Below, piece after piece: positions 33,780-41,691 of a DNA stretch of 52,799 nucleotides. Both the position numbers and the translations under genes were made by a program. Numbering within the stretch: the first letter of the stretch is position 1; each line of letters opens with the position of its first letter. The notes beneath the pieces are model-generated. The model was given only the letters and a program-made list of their open reading frames with translations. It had not been told where the DNA came from and did not search any database. The DNA is from a virus (lineage: Duplodnaviria; Caudoviricetes): IMG/VR virus record IMGVR_UViG_3300030410_000060, positions 1 to 52,799 of that record. The stretch is one strand, 5' to 3'.

Positions 33780-35717
33780 TTACTGTCCTTGTGCCGGGGC
33801 GTTAGGTACCATAGGCGAAGTCGGTAGGGGTTGGGGGTTAGCCTGGGGCGTAGGGGCACCGGGTTGCGGGGCTCCGGCCTGCGGCATTTGAGGAGGGACG
33901 GCTGCGGCCTTCATGCCCTGAACTTGAGAGTAGAAGTCTCTCAGCATTTGGCAGCGCTCCTCCTCGAGCTTAGCGGGTACGTAGAGGTTATAGTATTGGA
34001 CGACTAGGTCGTTGGCTAGGGAGAGGTCCATGAAGCTATCTGGGCCGGTATAGATACCTTCCTCAATGATTTCGTCTAGGTACTTAAATATTCTTTCCTC
34101 AGAGGCGTTAGCGAGCTTCTCCATTTGTCCTAGGTCTGGGTAGTCAAGGAGGCGACGGCCTTCCTTAATGCTAATCATACCGGATTGGATCATTTCGACG
34201 ACTTTTTCCATACGACCGGCAGGGTCTCTAGGAAGGGAGGACATATTAAAGCACTGGATAACGAAAGGGTCCTTAAGCATTTTAATATGCGGGAGGTCAA
34301 TAGTCTTGGTGCCGTCTTTACCTGGGTAGACGGTCTGGTATTTGCCTGTATCTTTGGCAATGTCCGTAGCAATATCTATGACTAAGTATGCGGCATCTAT
34401 GAATATATTATCATAACGTCTGGACATCGAGGCGAACCGATCGCTAGCTATGTCGTCGTAGACCCTTTGTGCTGCTCCGCTGTTTAAACCGGCTGGTTTC
34501 TCCCCGCTAGCCTGCATTCCTGACACGCCTGACTGCTGAAAGCCGTACTGGATAAGGCGCTGCAATTGAGCGTACAGCTCCTCGGGGACACAAGGGGCGA
34601 CTTCGAAGATGGGTTTGGTACCAATGTAAGGTATGATCGTCCCGACGTCCGAATTGAAGTGGGCTGGGTTAACTTTGCTCGACGCTTCAACGAAGACGCG
34701 TGGGACACCAACGAGTTTAATTGCTCGAGAAATAGTAAATAGTAGGCTGTTAATCTCAAGTTGTGTGCCCATAAGCTGCTCGGCGAGTCCCTGTGCCCAG
34801 AAGCCGAGCAGTCGAGGACTGTAATGCAAGAACACGAAGGGGAACTTATCTTTGGTGTAAGGCTCATCGAAGATTATACCTCCTGAACAGGCTAGGGTGT
34901 GTCTACCGTCGGTGGCGCCTTTACCGGAGGGGAGGCGCCATCCTTCTATGACTAATACGAGGTCGGAGACGGACTTAGCGGACTCTGAGGAGTTATCGAC
35001 GGTCGCTCTCTCGGCTCTTTCGATCTCAGCTTTGAAGGTCGGGTTGGCTTCGATTAATACTCCCCTGTCCACTAGCTTACGGTGATAGATTTGTCTGGGG
35101 GACCCGTCACCATATACGCCCTCATTTGGGTCTATGTCTAACTCAGTGAGGAGGACGCGGTCTGCTCCTACCTTATCGTCTTCTGTCCTGTAGAATTTAA
35201 GGCAGCCCGTACCCTCTACGAAAGCGTCCCTTAGGATAAGGGCAGCCTTGTCGTAGAGTTTAGTTTGATAGAATTCACCTAAGATAAAATTATTTAGTTT
35301 TTTCGCTAAGTTACGTTCTTTATAGTCGCCGTTGTCGGTTAAGAATACGGGAGCAGGGCGAGATTGAGATAGTCTGGATACTAGGGTATCGACGCAGGAT
35401 TGAATGATATTGAAGGTAGGGCGGTCGGTCGGGAGGCCGCTGACGCTGTCCATTTTTGACATGTTATTGCCAATAAAGGAGAACAAAGACATATTCCCGT
35501 ATAATCTTGCATAGATAGCAGCTTGTTTATACCGATATGCTTGGTTTGTTCTTAGGTATTCGGCCGTAGAGAGTAGTTCGTCTTTGACTTGAGTTTTACT
35601 CTTAGCTTTCCACCAAGAGAAGGCGCTTTGGCCCATCTTTTTCTTATTGGCTGAGGTATTAAATACCTTCGTGGCTGTAGGGGCTAGGCCCCCTTTTCCC
35701 TTTGGTGTAACTTGCAT
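33780..35717 (-). CDS. Portal protein
   Basis: 645 aa, NIIQSCVDTLVSR, FPFV..FWAQGLAEQL..QLEIN, P/Q-rich tail; position after TerL. Confidence 0.85.
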   Translation of the reverse strand: MQVTPKGKGGLAPTATKVFNTSANKKKMGQSAFSWWKAKSKTQVKDELLSTAEYLRTNQAYRYKQAAIYARLYGNMSLFSFIGNNMSKMDSVSGLPTDRPTFNIIQSCVDTLVSRLSQSRPAPVFLTDNGDYKERNLAKKLNNFILGEFYQTKLYDKAALILRDAFVEGTGCLKFYRTEDDKVGADRVLLTELDIDPNEGVYGDGSPRQIYHRKLVDRGVLIEANPTFKAEIERAERATVDNSSESAKSVSDLVLVIEGWRLPSGKGATDGRHTLACSGGIIFDEPYTKDKFPFVFLHYSPRLLGFWAQGLAEQLMGTQLEINSLLFTISRAIKLVGVPRVFVEASSKVNPAHFNSDVGTIIPYIGTKPIFEVAPCVPEELYAQLQRLIQYGFQQSGVSGMQASGEKPAGLNSGAAQRVYDDIASDRFASMSRRYDNIFIDAAYLVIDIATDIAKDTGKYQTVYPGKDGTKTIDLPHIKMLKDPFVIQCFNMSSLPRDPAGRMEKVVEMIQSGMISIKEGRRLLDYPDLGQMEKLANASEERIFKYLDEIIEEGIYTGPDSFMDLSLANDLVVQYYNLYVPAKLEEERCQMLRDFYSQVQGMKAAAVPPQMPQAGAPQPGAPTPQANPQPLPTSPMVPNAPAQGQ

Positions 35718-36031
35718 TAGTTAGCCCCGTCCCCGCCGCCTGCGCTCCACATAAGCATTGCTAGAGGGTCCGGTGCACCGCTGGTGTCGGTTAGGTCCTC
35801 CTGCTGCTTATGCTGCTCAGACATGTATTTTAGTTTAGCTTTCGTGGCTGCGTCCTTAGCCTCTGCCATTGCCTGTTCGAAGGGGTCTCTTGGTGCCTTA
35901 GCTGTACGCTTCTTATAGGGGCTCTGGGGAGCCTCTGGGGATAAAGTTAAGGTAACGCCTTCAATAGAGATCGTAGAGACCCCTGTCTTACGACAAAGAC
36001 GTATGATAGCCTCAAGTTGTTTTAGTTCCAT
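35717..36031 (-). CDS. Hypothetical head-module protein
   Basis: TAATG-coupled to portal. Confidence 0.7.
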   Translation of the reverse strand: MELKQLEAIIRLCRKTGVSTISIEGVTLTLSPEAPQSPYKKRTAKAPRDPFEQAMAEAKDAATKAKLKYMSEQHKQQEDLTDTSGAPDPLAMLMWSAGGGDGAN

Positions 36032-36032
36032 A

Positions 36033-36365
36033 TTAAGATACCGGACTTAGTACTAGGGAGCCCCTCAAAACGTTAGGTGTAGCGTCGGGCAGAGAGGACG
36101 ACGTGACAATTACTGAGATCACATCTCCCGCTAGGGCCGCAATAGGTACTAACATGTTAAATTCATTAGTGATTACTGAGGGGGCGGTTACCGAATTAAC
36201 CAGGGATCCGTTTTGGTTAATCGTGATATTGATACCGTCATTCCCTAAGGTATCCGTTATCTTAACAGTAAGGGTAGTGGCCCCACTATTACTCATGGTG
36301 TAGTTATAAGTGTCTAAAGAGTCAAAAAAATAGGAGTGGTTAAAATTAGGAATAGACTGAGCCAT
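36033..36365 (-). CDS. Small beta-rich putative virion protein
   Basis: ITINQNGS..AGDVISVIV pattern; operon coupling. Confidence 0.6.
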   Translation of the reverse strand: MAQSIPNFNHSYFFDSLDTYNYTMSNSGATTLTVKITDTLGNDGINITINQNGSLVNSVTAPSVITNEFNMLVPIAALAGDVISVIVTSSSLPDATPNVLRGSLVLSPVS

Positions 36366-36366
36366 A

Positions 36367-37035
36367 TTACCCCCTCTTACCGCTACGTGCTTTTATTTTA
36401 GATAGGAAAGACTTGTCGTTTTTGTTCTCGCTTCCCTTCTCGTCTTTATCGCCCGTTTCGTCAGAATCGTCATAACTTTCATCTAGTTGACTATCGTCGT
36501 AGTGTTCTTTTCCTAATGCTTCAAAGTTGAGATCGTCTGCCTCATTACCGTGTTCCTCGGTAGCTTCGTCTAGGCTGTCGTCTCTGACTTCTCCGCCGCC
36601 CGCCATTAAGTGCTTAGATAGGCGTTTAGCAATAGCTTCGGCTAGGGTACCCATATGGTTATCCTCGCCTTGGTCCTTTGGTCTTTTAGGGGCGTCGGTA
36701 TCGTCGTAAGAGCCCTTAGTGCCGCCTCTGATTAAAGAGGAGCTATCGCTCTTAGGGAGGCTTAGGTTTGATTGGTTACCAGAGTTAGCGGAAGCTTTTT
36801 GGCTCCCAGCTTTAATCATTTCGTGGTCTCTTACCGTCATGTCTTGGCAGTCGTGGGTGCAGGCATGGACCTCCCCGGAGTTCTCGGTAGGGGTATAGGA
36901 CGCAGCTCTAACAGGTCCGCCTTGAGCAAACTGGTTATCGGCGTTATGGGTAGACTCGGTCTGTCCGCTTTCTAACTTGCCGCGTTTCTTGTTCTTTTTC
37001 TGTACAGCATAGGATACGGCTAAACTTGATTTCAT
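36367..37035 (-). CDS. Disordered charged protein with two AxGG motifs (putative internal head protein)
   Basis: FAQGGPV and MAGGGEV; D/E/K-rich. Confidence 0.6.
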   Translation of the reverse strand: MKSSLAVSYAVQKKNKKRGKLESGQTESTHNADNQFAQGGPVRAASYTPTENSGEVHACTHDCQDMTVRDHEMIKAGSQKASANSGNQSNLSLPKSDSSSLIRGGTKGSYDDTDAPKRPKDQGEDNHMGTLAEAIAKRLSKHLMAGGGEVRDDSLDEATEEHGNEADDLNFEALGKEHYDDSQLDESYDDSDETGDKDEKGSENKNDKSFLSKIKARSGKRG

Positions 37036-37036
37036 T

Positions 37037-37291
37037 TTATGTCTCCTCAGACTCGTTTAAGTGCTCACCTTCGTCTTGAGGCTCGCTATCTAATATTTGA
37101 AAGGCGGATTGGAGGGCAGAGGCTACTCCTTTTTCATCCCCGGATTGGATGGCGGCGATTAGGTCCCTGGCAGAAGCTAGAAGTCCTTGATTTGATTGGT
37201 CATCTTCCGACTCGGGGGCGTCGGGAGACCTTACTTTAGTGGTCATAATAGCGCTAGATATTCTATTTTTCTTAAGAAAGGGTAAATTCAA
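37037..37291 (-). CDS. Small acidic head-module protein
   Basis: TTG start just downstream of late motif; DLIAAIQSGDEKGVASAL. Confidence 0.65.
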   Translation of the reverse strand: MNLPFLKKNRISSAIMTTKVRSPDAPESEDDQSNQGLLASARDLIAAIQSGDEKGVASALQSAFQILDSEPQDEGEHLNESEET

Positions 37292-37304
37292 GGGTGGGTA
37301 CCGC

Positions 37305-37328
37305 CTTACTAAGTGTATTTTTATGCAC
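37305..37328 (-). promoter_or_regulatory. Putative late promoter motif, copy 4
   Basis: Minus strand GTGCATAAAAATACACTTAGTAAG upstream of head operon. Confidence 0.65.
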
Positions 37329-37369
37329 GGCGGGGTAAAAATTGAAGGATATCAGTAAAAAATAGGTAC

Positions 37370-37398
37370 TTGACAGGTTAAATAGGGTATGAGATAGT
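37370..37398 (+). promoter_or_regulatory. Sigma70-like promoter for plus-strand two-gene insert
   Basis: TTGACA-N17-GATAGT with TGn extension. Confidence 0.55.
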
Positions 37399-37419
37399 GT
37401 TTATAGGAGAAAAATTTTT

Positions 37420-37551
37420 ATGATGACTGTAATAATAGGAGCGATTTTAGGGTTTTTAGGAAGTTACCTCGCGGGAGAGGCTATGAACAATAGCGACTCT
37501 GCTAAGCGTGCCCGAGCGGCTCGAATTCAGAGGGAGAAAGATTACCGATGA
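37420..37551 (+). CDS. 43-aa single-TM protein (absent from ORF track)
   Basis: TAGGAG RBS; MMTVIIGAILGFLGSYLAGEAM...; ATGA overlap with 37548. Confidence 0.65.
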   Translation: MMTVIIGAILGFLGSYLAGEAMNNSDSAKRARAARIQREKDYR

Positions 37552-37817
37552 TTAAACATCTATGGTTTACAACTTCTGTTCTGCTAGAGGGCGACGAGGA
37601 GGAGACCTACGTAAAGGTAGTGGCCTCCGTTTTTGGGGGGAGACGAGGCGGGCATAGCCCTTATGGGCCCGTGGAGGAGGAGCCACCTGAGGTCGATATG
37701 TCGGTATCTGTAAAGATTGATGGTAAGGAGGTCTTTGTCACCGATCGTCTGTCTAAGAGGGTGAGAGAGGCCTTAGAGGAGCAATGTATAGACCAGGCTA
37801 GAAGTAGTCACCATTAG
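37548..37817 (+). CDS. Hypothetical acidic protein
   Basis: Coupled to upstream ORF; converges on terL. Confidence 0.65.
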   Translation: MIKHLWFTTSVLLEGDEEETYVKVVASVFGGRRGGHSPYGPVEEEPPEVDMSVSVKIDGKEVFVTDRLSKRVREALEEQCIDQARSSHH

Positions 37818-39228
37818 CCCGGCGCTGTAGCTCCTCAAGTTCCTTAGCCTGAGCTAATGCCCCTTCGAACATGGCCTCCTGTTGTGCCCTATTCCACTCC
37901 GGTGTACCGGGGATAAGCTTAGGGGGAGGAGCTTGGTAAGCAAATCCTGGGGACTCTTTAAAGGCGTATAGGACGGAGTCGATAATATCGGAATGGGGCT
38001 TTTTCTTAACTACTATCCGGTCTGGGGTACTTTTGTCCCAGTCAATCTGTACTAGGTAGGAGTCGGTGGCAAAGCGAGAGGTTTTCTTAGCCTTAAACCT
38101 GCCGGTACGGAGGGCGTCATTTAGAAAGCCTACGTTTTCCTGCTTACGGGCTTTGTCTGCCCCTTCGACTGGAATACCGTGTTGCCTTCTCATTTCCTCG
38201 GCTAGTTTCTTTCCTAAGCCCCCTTCGTCGATAACCATTTTACTGATATTGTATTTTTTAGCCATATCCTTAATTTGATTGACTAATTCTGTTAGGCCCT
38301 GCTTAGCGGTGATTTGTTCCTCTACTAAGTAGGTAATAGGGGTCAATTCAGACCAAGCTAACACCGCTAAGGCGTCGGCGTCATTGTACCCGATATCTAT
38401 ACCTAAAATGTAGTTCCAGCTATTTGGCTTAGCTAGTTCGGGGAGGGCGTCATAGTGGTTAATCCCCTCCTTGTATCTTACCCAAAGGCTGTCTACGTCC
38501 AGTACCCATTTGTTCTGCCACTCTCTGAGGAGGGTCGGGTTATTGTCGTCCCATTCCCTCTTAGCCTTGAGGGTTTTAATGAAAGTATCCGGGTCCGGCA
38601 TATAAGGGTTTTGTAGGAGGGTCCACTCATGATGGGAGAAACCGAAGCGTCTACGCTGGGTTACCTCAAAGAAAAAACCTTGAGGTACGGGCCCAGGGGT
38701 CCCTGTCATAGCTAACCAGCCGTCTGCATAGTCGGAGATACAGGGGGTTAGGACGTCATCAATTAGAGATTGTAAGTGGGCACCAAAGTCCTGGGCCTCG
38801 TCAATACCGATACCGGGGTGTTTCTTGCCCTTAAGGCGTTTAATAAAGTTTTTCATGTCCGCCCCCATTAGCCTAAGCTTAGCTCCATTAGGGTGGGTCA
38901 TGGTGAGCTTAGACTCGACGAAGGTGCAGCCTAATTGGTGGATGGCGTTAAGCTCCTGTAACACCGGCCACATGATCTCTTTAGCTGAGTCGAAGGTGAG
39001 GGAAAGGTAGAGGCAGGTACTCCTAGGGTACTTTTCCATAGTTTTAAAGAACCTAATAGCTAGGCCATTACTCTTACCGGCTCGGCGGGAGCACTGGGCG
39101 TCTATAAATCTATTTGGGTCTGAGATAAAATCATTTTGAGCAGGGAAGTTAGGGTCAAGAAAGATGGGCTTTACTATGGTCTTTTGCCTAGCAGCTAGTG
39201 TTTTCTTGGCCCCTGCTATTGTAATCAT
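37798..39228 (-). CDS. terL: Terminase large subunit
   Basis: RRAGKS, IDEAQD, TGTP, GIDIGYND, DIIDS. Confidence 0.92.
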   Translation of the reverse strand: MITIAGAKKTLAARQKTIVKPIFLDPNFPAQNDFISDPNRFIDAQCSRRAGKSNGLAIRFFKTMEKYPRSTCLYLSLTFDSAKEIMWPVLQELNAIHQLGCTFVESKLTMTHPNGAKLRLMGADMKNFIKRLKGKKHPGIGIDEAQDFGAHLQSLIDDVLTPCISDYADGWLAMTGTPGPVPQGFFFEVTQRRRFGFSHHEWTLLQNPYMPDPDTFIKTLKAKREWDDNNPTLLREWQNKWVLDVDSLWVRYKEGINHYDALPELAKPNSWNYILGIDIGYNDADALAVLAWSELTPITYLVEEQITAKQGLTELVNQIKDMAKKYNISKMVIDEGGLGKKLAEEMRRQHGIPVEGADKARKQENVGFLNDALRTGRFKAKKTSRFATDSYLVQIDWDKSTPDRIVVKKKPHSDIIDSVLYAFKESPGFAYQAPPPKLIPGTPEWNRAQQEAMFEGALAQAKELEELQRRANGDYF

Positions 39229-39545
39229 GCGTCTTCGTCCTCAACTATTTTAGTCAAAGCTTCGTTCGTAAGGCTTTCTAAAATGTCGTTTTCTTTATCT
39301 TTAAGGTCATTGAGCATAGATACGCAGTCCTTCAAGTTTTGAATGGTGTTCCTATCGTGCTTTCTGTCCTTAATCTCTTGGTCTAATATCCCTATCATTC
39401 TATGAATAGATACCAGGGCTTTCCTAAGGAGTCCGTCTATGGACAATTGCGCATCGGTAGGGGTATCAATAGTAAAGGCCCCCGACGAGTCTTTAGGACT
39501 CCCGGGGACCGTCTTAATTTGACCTTTGGCAATATACTGTGTCAT
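39225..39545 (-). CDS. Putative terminase small subunit
   Basis: Helical 106 aa immediately upstream of terL, ESLTNEAL tail. Confidence 0.5.
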   Translation of the reverse strand: MTQYIAKGQIKTVPGSPKDSSGAFTIDTPTDAQLSIDGLLRKALVSIHRMIGILDQEIKDRKHDRNTIQNLKDCVSMLNDLKDKENDILESLTNEALTKIVEDEDA

Positions 39546-39787
39546 TTTTTAGTGATAGGTGTAACAGTAAGAGGCGTTTCTTTCTCAAATACCACTCCAA
39601 CTACGTTAGCTTTAGCTACGGCAAATTTAATGCCCCTAATGCTAACTTCTAGGTCTGAGTCGGTGTAATACATTTCGATACCGGGGTAGAGCTTGCTATT
39701 GAGCGTCCTGCCCATAGTGCTGAGAGGAGGCACTCCGGGTTGGTTAAACTGTTGGTGTAACTGGGCAAAAGCGACTTTTCTAGACAT
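39542..39787 (-). CDS. Hypothetical protein
   Basis: Coupled ORF. Confidence 0.65.
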   Translation of the reverse strand: MSRKVAFAQLHQQFNQPGVPPLSTMGRTLNSKLYPGIEMYYTDSDLEVSIRGIKFAVAKANVVGVVFEKETPLTVTPITKK

Positions 39788-40038
39788 TATTTACTTTCCT
39801 CTACTGGGATAGGGGGTTTAGCCTCAGCTACTGCTTTAGCTACTAGGTCCTCCTGTTGTTTAACCGAATTGTACTCGACTTGAAGGCTCGCTAGAGTGTC
39901 GTTAAACATCTTTAGGTCTTTTTCTTTCGTATAGATATCATGCTGCAAATGGCCTGCTCGGAAAGCTAGGTTGTTAAACTCGCTTTTGATATCTTCTGAA
40001 GTTCTTGGCTTTTGGCTGGGGACTGCTTCTAATGACAT
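39787..40038 (-). CDS. Hypothetical coiled-coil protein
   Basis: AAGGA RBS before ATG 40038. Confidence 0.65.
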   Translation of the reverse strand: MSLEAVPSQKPRTSEDIKSEFNNLAFRAGHLQHDIYTKEKDLKMFNDTLASLQVEYNSVKQQEDLVAKAVAEAKPPIPVEESK

Positions 40039-40049
40039 GGTATATCCTT

Positions 40050-40469
40050 TCAAAGATAGGGGTTAAAAATAACTTTCGGATTTTTTTCTAAAATCCCCGC
40101 TCCGATACGGGTAAGGTGTGTAACTGCGGTAACTATTGGAGGCATAAGGCTTTTAGCTATTCCTACTCCTCGCCACTCTTTTTTTACGAAGACCCAATCG
40201 AGTACGAAGGCCGACTCTAGGACCCTGTACACCGAGTAACCTAATATAACGTCTGGGTCTTCTTTCAGTACCGCTAGTCTAATCTCGGCCTGAGGGGAGG
40301 TGAGTATTCGTTCTATAAGCTTATGCTGATTACTAAAATAAATATCTTTCGGTATACGTCTATATACCTGATCTCCGCCATAGAGTAGGCCCTTTAACCA
40401 AGTGCTCAAGATAAAAGCCTCGTCGCCTACTGCGAAATCCCTCACGGTAATTAAGTCGGCCTTATTCAT
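40050..40469 (-). CDS. GNAT-family acetyltransferase
   Basis: WVFVKKEWRGVGIAKSLM acetyl-CoA motif. Confidence 0.8.
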   Translation of the reverse strand: MNKADLITVRDFAVGDEAFILSTWLKGLLYGGDQVYRRIPKDIYFSNQHKLIERILTSPQAEIRLAVLKEDPDVILGYSVYRVLESAFVLDWVFVKKEWRGVGIAKSLMPPIVTAVTHLTRIGAGILEKNPKVIFNPYL

Positions 40470-40900
40470 TTGAGCTTTCCCGTCATGATTTTAAACAAAC
40501 GTTTAATGTTCTCGTGCATGGTTCTATTGTTAACTTTCCTACCTAGGAGATACTCTATCTTTCTAGCTTTGAAAGTTCCTACTATAGTGGCTAGGGTATG
40601 CCCTTCGCTGTGCATTTCCCAGAGGGTTTGCTCGTCTTCTGAGCCAAACTTGTGCGTATGGAGGAATTGACCCGCTTGTCTATAGTATTCCTCTTTTGAT
40701 TGGTATTGTGTAAGGTCAAATCTAGAGGGGCTACTAAAAAAGGAAGCAGACCACTGTTTCAGGTTACCGTCGGGAGCCCCTGATTTAAAGTCTGTAGGCT
40801 GCTCTATATCTTCGAAGCCACTCTTTTTAAGTTCCTTAGTCCACTTATCATTAAGCTTCTTAAAATCTTTAGTCTGATAGTACTTTTCTGTCTTACCCAT
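40466..40900 (-). CDS. Hypothetical protein with possible sigma-region-4-like HTH
   Basis: EQTLWEMHSEGHTLATI...RTMHENIKRL spacing resembles sigma4/LuxR HTH. Confidence 0.45.
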   Translation of the reverse strand: MGKTEKYYQTKDFKKLNDKWTKELKKSGFEDIEQPTDFKSGAPDGNLKQWSASFFSSPSRFDLTQYQSKEEYYRQAGQFLHTHKFGSEDEQTLWEMHSEGHTLATIVGTFKARKIEYLLGRKVNNRTMHENIKRLFKIMTGKLK

Positions 40901-41237
40901 TTGAGCTAGATACTTCAATAGCTTTCGACTCCGCTAAGGCTTTGGCGTCCTGAGCTGCTTTTAGCTCTACCATTTTAGCGTGGGCAATCTCTTTACTAGC
41001 GGCGGCTAGTCCTGAGAGGGCAAAAAAGCGTTTAGGCTTGTAGGCGTCGGTTTGACCTAGGTGCAAGATCATAGCGGCGAACATAAAACGCACTGAGTCG
41101 TTGTCGGGGAAGTTGTAGGTTTTAATAATAGATTTGCACCAAGACTCGAAGTCGGTCATGCCCTGAGGTATTCGAGTTGGAAAGAAGTCTAGAAGTTTTT
41201 GGAAGTAAGTAGTCAACGTGTTAATTAATTTTTTCAT
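40893..41237 (-). CDS. Hypothetical protein
   Basis: ATG 41237, 6 nt after a -10 box. Confidence 0.65.
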   Translation of the reverse strand: MKKLINTLTTYFQKLLDFFPTRIPQGMTDFESWCKSIIKTYNFPDNDSVRFMFAAMILHLGQTDAYKPKRFFALSGLAAASKEIAHAKMVELKAAQDAKALAESKAIEVSSSNG

Positions 41238-41243
41238 TCTTAA

Positions 41244-41273
41244 ACAATAGCATAGGTGCCCCAAACAATGCAA
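41244..41273 (-). promoter_or_regulatory. Sigma70-like promoter, possibly leaderless
   Basis: TTGCAT-N18-TATTGT with TGn extension. Confidence 0.45.
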
Positions 41274-41338
41274 GTAAAATGTTAACTTTATTTGGATAAT
41301 TTAGGGCACTAATTTAACTATACGATATCACTATTATT

Positions 41339-41455
41339 TTAAGAGTCCCAGATGGGCAAATCAACTAGTATAATAGCGCTCCCGTATCCTGTAATAAACC
41401 AAGCTTGGTCGTTTTCCATCATAGAGGAGTATAAATGGTCTGATAGTGTGTCCAT
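41339..41455 (-). CDS. 38-aa hypothetical peptide (absent from ORF track)
   Basis: TAATG-coupled; MDTLSDHLYSSMMENDQAWFITGYGSAIILVDLPIWDS. Confidence 0.4.
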   Translation of the reverse strand: MDTLSDHLYSSMMENDQAWFITGYGSAIILVDLPIWDS

Positions 41456-41640
41456 TAGGCCGCCTTATCGTTTGCAATTAGGTGTTCTACCTCTAGAACT
41501 AAACAAAGCTCTAGGGCGTGTAGGTCCGCCATGAGATTAGCTGTATCGGTAAAATTACCGGCGTGGAGGGACTCCTTAGCCCTAATCTGAACTGACTTGA
41601 TAGCTGCGATAATGTGCTTAACTTGTTCTTTACTAGTCAT
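41455..41640 (-). CDS. Hypothetical protein (61 aa)
   Basis: TAGGAG RBS before ATG 41640. Confidence 0.65.
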   Translation of the reverse strand: MTSKEQVKHIIAAIKSVQIRAKESLHAGNFTDTANLMADLHALELCLVLEVEHLIANDKAA

Positions 41641-41659
41641 ATTGTTATCTCCTAGTAAT

Positions 41660-41688
41660 AGGATAGGATAAGCCCTTAGCTCTGTCAA
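41660..41688 (-). promoter_or_regulatory. Sigma70-like promoter
   Basis: TTGACA-N17-TATCCT. Confidence 0.65.
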
Positions 41689-41691
41689 GCC

